Assembly: GCA_009103225.1 (NCBI GenBank)
Contig: RHPI01002048.1
Location: 881,036 to 945,035, forward strand
From: Chlorokybus atmophyticus
Taxonomy: Eukaryota > Plantae > Mesostigma and Chlorokybus algae
Length of the DNA stretch: 64,000 bases
Reading direction: 5' to 3'
In this document: in pieces, positions 59,447-64,000 of the stretch
Numbering within the stretch: position 1 is the stretch's first letter
How the letters are laid out: each line of letters begins with the position of its first letter
Translations under genes and position numbers: made by a program
Notes under the pieces: generated by a model
What the model saw: the letters and a program-made list of their open reading frames with translations, nothing else
Told to the model about the DNA's origin: nothing
The model's database searches: none

Positions 59447-62400
59447 CTAGCGTGTCCTGGCACTCTTGCCCACTCCTCTGTCACTAACCCCGCCCGCCGT
59501 CCCTTTCCTCTTCGCTGCCACATTGCTGACACTTCCGCTCCCGCTCTGCATCTTGCTGACGCTGCCAAAGATGCCGCTGGTCTTCCCCGCGGACTCGGGC
59601 GCGGCCGCCTCCACCCTCCTGGCAAAGGGGTTGGCGGGAGGGCACTTGGCGCCGCTGTTGCTCACCCCCGCCTCCCTTGCCTTGAGGAAAGGGTTTGTTG
59701 ATTTGTGGGACTGCTGTTGTTGTGGTAAGGCATTGTTGGTTGTGGTGGCCTGCTTGCACTTCTCCTGCTGCTGCTCAGTCTCTTGCTGCCGGTTGTTGGG
59801 CTTCTTGCGACTCACCGACTTGGTTGTGGACGGTGTCACGGGCTCCACCTCATCGTCATCCCAGTCTCTGATGGCGGTCTTCACGGTTGGCTGTGCCTCC
59901 TCACGCCTGTCGCAAACAATCTCCTCTACATCTTCCTCCTTCTCGTCGTCACCACCAGCCACGAAGGCGTGGCGGCTGTTGCTGGCTGGGCCGGGTGGCT
60001 GCGCGGGCGTGGGTGTCGCGAACGTCACCTTCTTCACCGGCGCGGGCGTGACAAACGCTGACGGCGAGGCGGTTGCAGCCGCATTCGTGCAAAAGGAGGG
60101 CTTGTTGGGCTCTGCTTGTGCTGAAGCCGCAGCCGCAGCAGCTGCCATTGCCGCCTGCTCAGCCTCCTCCTCGGCCTGCATCCTAGCCTGCATCAACAGC
60201 GTGTGTGAGAATGACAATGACAATGACAGAACATCACCCACCCACCATGCACTGTCATCTCACCTCTAGGAGGAGGTTGAGTCGTTCTGCGAGGGCTGGC
60301 AGTCGCATGGCTGTGGCGATGCGTACGGCTCCCTCCAGTGACTTGTGCAGCGCGAGCATGTGTGCCATCTCCAGCGCGCGCATGAGCCTGTCTCCCTTGC
60401 ACGCGGCCGCGATCATGCGCAGCAGACACCTGTCCATCTGCGCCTCCTGATCCAACAGCGAATCCTCGCTCCCTCCCCCTCCCCCTCCCTCTCCTCCCTC
60501 ATCCTCCTGCTGCGTGCGCATGCGCGCCAGCGTCATCGTGCCGCGCAGGTACTCCTCCTCGAGGTCGGTCGGGGCTGCGCCCACGTCGGATTCAAGCACG
60601 GGCACGGCTAGCTTCAGCTCGCTCAGCACGGGACGCGGGTGCACGCTGGGGTGCGCGGAGGGGCCCTTGCACACCACGCATACAACCTCCGTGTCGCTCA
60701 CGCCAACCACCCAGTGGCTCTCACTCTCGTTCTGCCTGTCAGCCGCCGAGCTGCGACACCATAACCAACACACAACCGTAAGCAGCATGCCTATGAACCT
60801 TGCAGCGCATTCGTCAATACACATCAACATCCTGCTGACCTGAACACCGGCACCCAGCAGCCATCATACTGTGGACTGTGGACCCTCAGGACGCCCTGCA
60901 TTCAAGCACAAATCATGTCACTTCAACGCTTGCCTTACAAGCAGGCAAGCTGGCGGTACCACAACAATACTAAGGTACCTTGGAGTCTGAGGTTGCGAGC
61001 GCCCCCGACTCTGAGAAGCCCAACCATGTGAGCGTGGCAGCAGGAGAGAGGGGCAGCGCACCCCCTGCCACCTTCGCTTGCTCCCCTTCCGTCCCCACAG
61101 AGTACACCGCAAACTCCAGCATCTGCAGACACACAAATGCGAGTTGCTTAGCCATGTTTGCACAAGTGAATGCATGTGGCAGTGGTTGTGTCTCAGTGGT
61201 GAGACCTGGTCGCCGTCGTAAGATGGAGGTGATGCGTGCCAGACCGCAGCCAGGAGGTGGTCGTGGCCGGCAAGGGCAACGACGGGGCCCGGCAGCGAGA
61301 GGATGAATCGCTGCACGCCCGACTCGGAGAACACGCGCAGGAACCGCTCGCTGGTCGCCGCAGCCACCCACCGCTTCCCCACCGCAACGGCCTCCACGTT
61401 CTCGCTTCCCGCGAATGTGCGCGTCCACTACACAGTCCAGATGCAATGCATGAGCGCCAAGAGACACACATCCACTATGCATCTACCATATACTATCATA
61501 TACTCACGTCTGAGTTGGATGCCCACGCATTGAAGGGTCGATAGAACAGCGTGGCCGGTTCCCTCGACGCGTACGCCGCCCCGTTCTCTCCCAGTGCCGC
61601 GACCCCAAAGCCGTAGTGGTTGGTCATGGCGGGGATGCGGGCGCCGCGCATGGTGTCGTGGAACTCCACCTCGATCGTCGAACGACCGCCCTCGTCCTCG
61701 CGCGCGCTGATGGTGCCGACCAGCGTGAACGCCAGGAAACGACGACGGCTGGCATCCGGTGGGGTAGACCCTGGCTGGAATGCGGGCTGCCTCTGCAAGT
61801 GTGTGTGTATTGTTGGCACATTAAGCAATGTGACTCGCATCACAGCTGTGAGGGCTTACTTGTGGCAAAGGTCGCGCTGTTGGTGGAAGCCTTGTGCGCG
61901 CTTTACTGTTGAATGCCTTGTCCTTGGCTGCCAAGTTGAAGCACATTGCTTGCGTCAACCGTGGCACTGATCATGCACAGCAGATCCTAAACCCAAAACA
62001 CTGTATGTGCTTACCCTTTCCGTTACGTGGCCTGGCTTTGAAGTTGTCATAGCCATCATCTTCGTCATTACCATCATTGGAGGCAGCCGCGCCAGAGTCA
62101 CATGCATCCCCATCCTCCCGATCGCTGATCCCTCCTCTCTTCTCCCCACCCTCCTCCTCCTTCTCTTCCTCCTCCTCCTCCTCAAACTCATACAGTCGCC
62201 TCTCAGCCTCCTTATCTTTGGCATTCGTTGGCGCTGCGGGCGGCGTGAGAAGCGCTGGGACAGCTCCCTCCCACACTCCATATTTCCCTTCCTGATCCGC
62301 GAGTGCCAGTGCGTTACGGGACGGGTGCCACGCCATTCCCGTCACGAGGCAGTCCTGTTTATGACACTCCAGCTCTCTCCTCTCAGCGACGTCCCACAGC

Positions 62401-64000
62401 ACCACGTGCTTGTCCGCGCCCGCCGTCGCGAGGTACAGACCGTTGGGGGACCACGCAAGCAACGACACGGGCGCCGTGTGTGTGCCCTCCAAACAGAAGG
62501 CGGGCTTCCATGTTGAGCGCTCGTATGCCACCACGCCATTGCCGGAAACAGACGGGACCGCAAGCCATGTGCCATCGGGGTGCCACGCAATCTTGTTGAG
62601 AGACAAATCGTTGCCCTTCACGTTGGGACACACCTTGGGGGAGAGGGGGAGAAGAAACAAAGTCAGCATGCATGCATGAGCACGCATGACGCATGCACGC
62701 ACGCATGACGCATGCATACACACATGCATGCATGTGCGGGCGCATGGATGCGAGTGTGTACGTGTGCGAGCGCGTGTACACACGAATATACACACATGCA
62801 CGCACACACGCGAGCACGCACGCGCGCACGCACGCACGCATCACTCACTCATGTCCCACCTTGCTGAGGGTTTGCACGAGCTTGCCATCGATGGACCACA
62901 CCGCCACCGTTCCATCATCCCCCGCCGCCGCCACATAGTCACTCCTTGGATCATACGCGATCGCCCTCACATACGCATTGAGTCCCCTCAACACTCTCAC
63001 AACACTAAAATCCCCCATACTAATCAGCTTCACTCCGTCATCATCTCCCGCCGCCGCCAGTACGCTCGCAGACGGCGAGTAGGCTATGCACCGCGCTGGG
63101 AGGGTGAAGCGCGTGACGTTGGTGAGGAAGTCGCCGTCGGGGAGGGAGTAGAGGCGCACGGTGCGGTCGACAGAGGCCGTGGCGAAGGCGTCGCCCTTGG
63201 GAGAGATGGAGAGAGAAGAGATGGCGTCATGAGCGTCGGATTGGGATGTTGTCTCTTCCAGTGTGGACGCGTTGTGCACACGGACGTGGCAGTCGGCACC
63301 TGAAGTTAATACCAGCTCGCCATCCTGGAGTGAATGAGGCCAAGAGATTGAGCGACGATAACAACAACTACAACAGCCAGCAAGCGAGATGTCGTGCTTA
63401 TGATGCAGCCCATTTGTTGCTGCGTGTTCGTTGATGAATGCATGAGAGGCCTTCGTTGCAAACCATCAGCGATAGAATGCAGCCGCTGTGCTGCATGCTC
63501 CCATTCAAGGCATGCTCACGCGCGCCAGATGCTGTGCAATCACGCTTCTTTGGCTACGCTACTCGCGGGGTGCATGAATGACAGCTCTCCTGCACACTGT
63601 TGTACTCCTTGCATATACACATGCCATGTATCGAGCAAGCATGTGTTGCGCATCGCTCCCAGGCGCAAGGCGCAGATTGTGCGGCAGCCATTGGGGAGAT
63701 AGCGTGGTGATCGCCTGCCTGACCATGCTCATGCCAATAGCGCTGCAAGCTGGCTCTCGTGCATCGCACAGGGCATTCATCTAGCGAATCGGTAGAAAGG
63801 CCACTCGCGTATGCTAGCGGCGTGTGCGTCTAGGCATGCCAGGCAGCAGTGATAGGCGGCAAGACCTTATCGAAGGCGATGTCTGTGAGTCCGGCCATGT
63901 GTGCAAACTTTGTCGCGAGCGAGGCGCGTTGCCCTCCTTTCCTGCTCCCTCCGCTCCCTCCGCTCCCTCCTCCTCCGCTGCCCGTCGCCGCCGCCGCCGC
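59447..64000 (-). CDS. WDHD1: WD repeat and HMG-box DNA-binding protein 1 / CTF4 / AND-1 homolog, 5' end beyond window
   Basis: FAHMAGLTDIAFDK/DGELVLTSGADCHVRV, VTRFTLPARCIAY, AAGDDGTVAVW, SepB region QPAFQPGSTP..RRFLAFTLVGTI, RWVAAATSERFLRVFSESGVQ, MDRCLLRMIAAACK. Low-complexity C-terminus; no HMG box seen. Confidence 0.92.

Noticed and set aside
49915-63303. Many Cys/Ala/His/Arg-rich ORFs (e.g. 49915-50454, 52205-52843, 62383-62844)
   Set aside because: Translations of intronic alternating repeats or antisense frames of real exons.

Overview
Eukaryotic, intron-rich DNA from a photosynthetic, flagellate-capable green alga. The LHCII Lhcb gene, BBS7 and a plastid mutarotase-like (PnsB2/NDF5-type) gene point to an early-diverging streptophyte alga, but that is an inference. 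The window has two compartments. (1) About 1-44.8 kb is a nest of decayed transposons. An old chromovirus (LTRs 84-416 and 20993-21317) encloses a second Gypsy pol and a ~13 kb CACTA/EnSpm element, which in turn contains a non-autonomous Copia inserted in a 151-bp satellite. After it come a truncated Copia, a full-length chromovirus (27888-33847) and a Sola-like DDE transposon. (2) About 45-64 kb is gene-dense: Lhcb, BBS7, an unknown gene, tafazzin, a mutarotase-like gene and WDHD1/CTF4, which runs off the window end. The most striking item is the CACTA transposase: in-phase GT-AG introns join its C-terminus to an NSD-type PHD-C5HCH histone-reader module and a Ulp1/C48 SUMO protease. Also notable: a probable degenerate Dam-like methyltransferase domain between Gag and protease in the chromovirus; a Copia whose IN-RT-RH is replaced by a lysine-rich tail; three long DNA hairpins; and an interstitial TTAGGG array. 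All family assignments come from motif recognition by eye; no searches were run.
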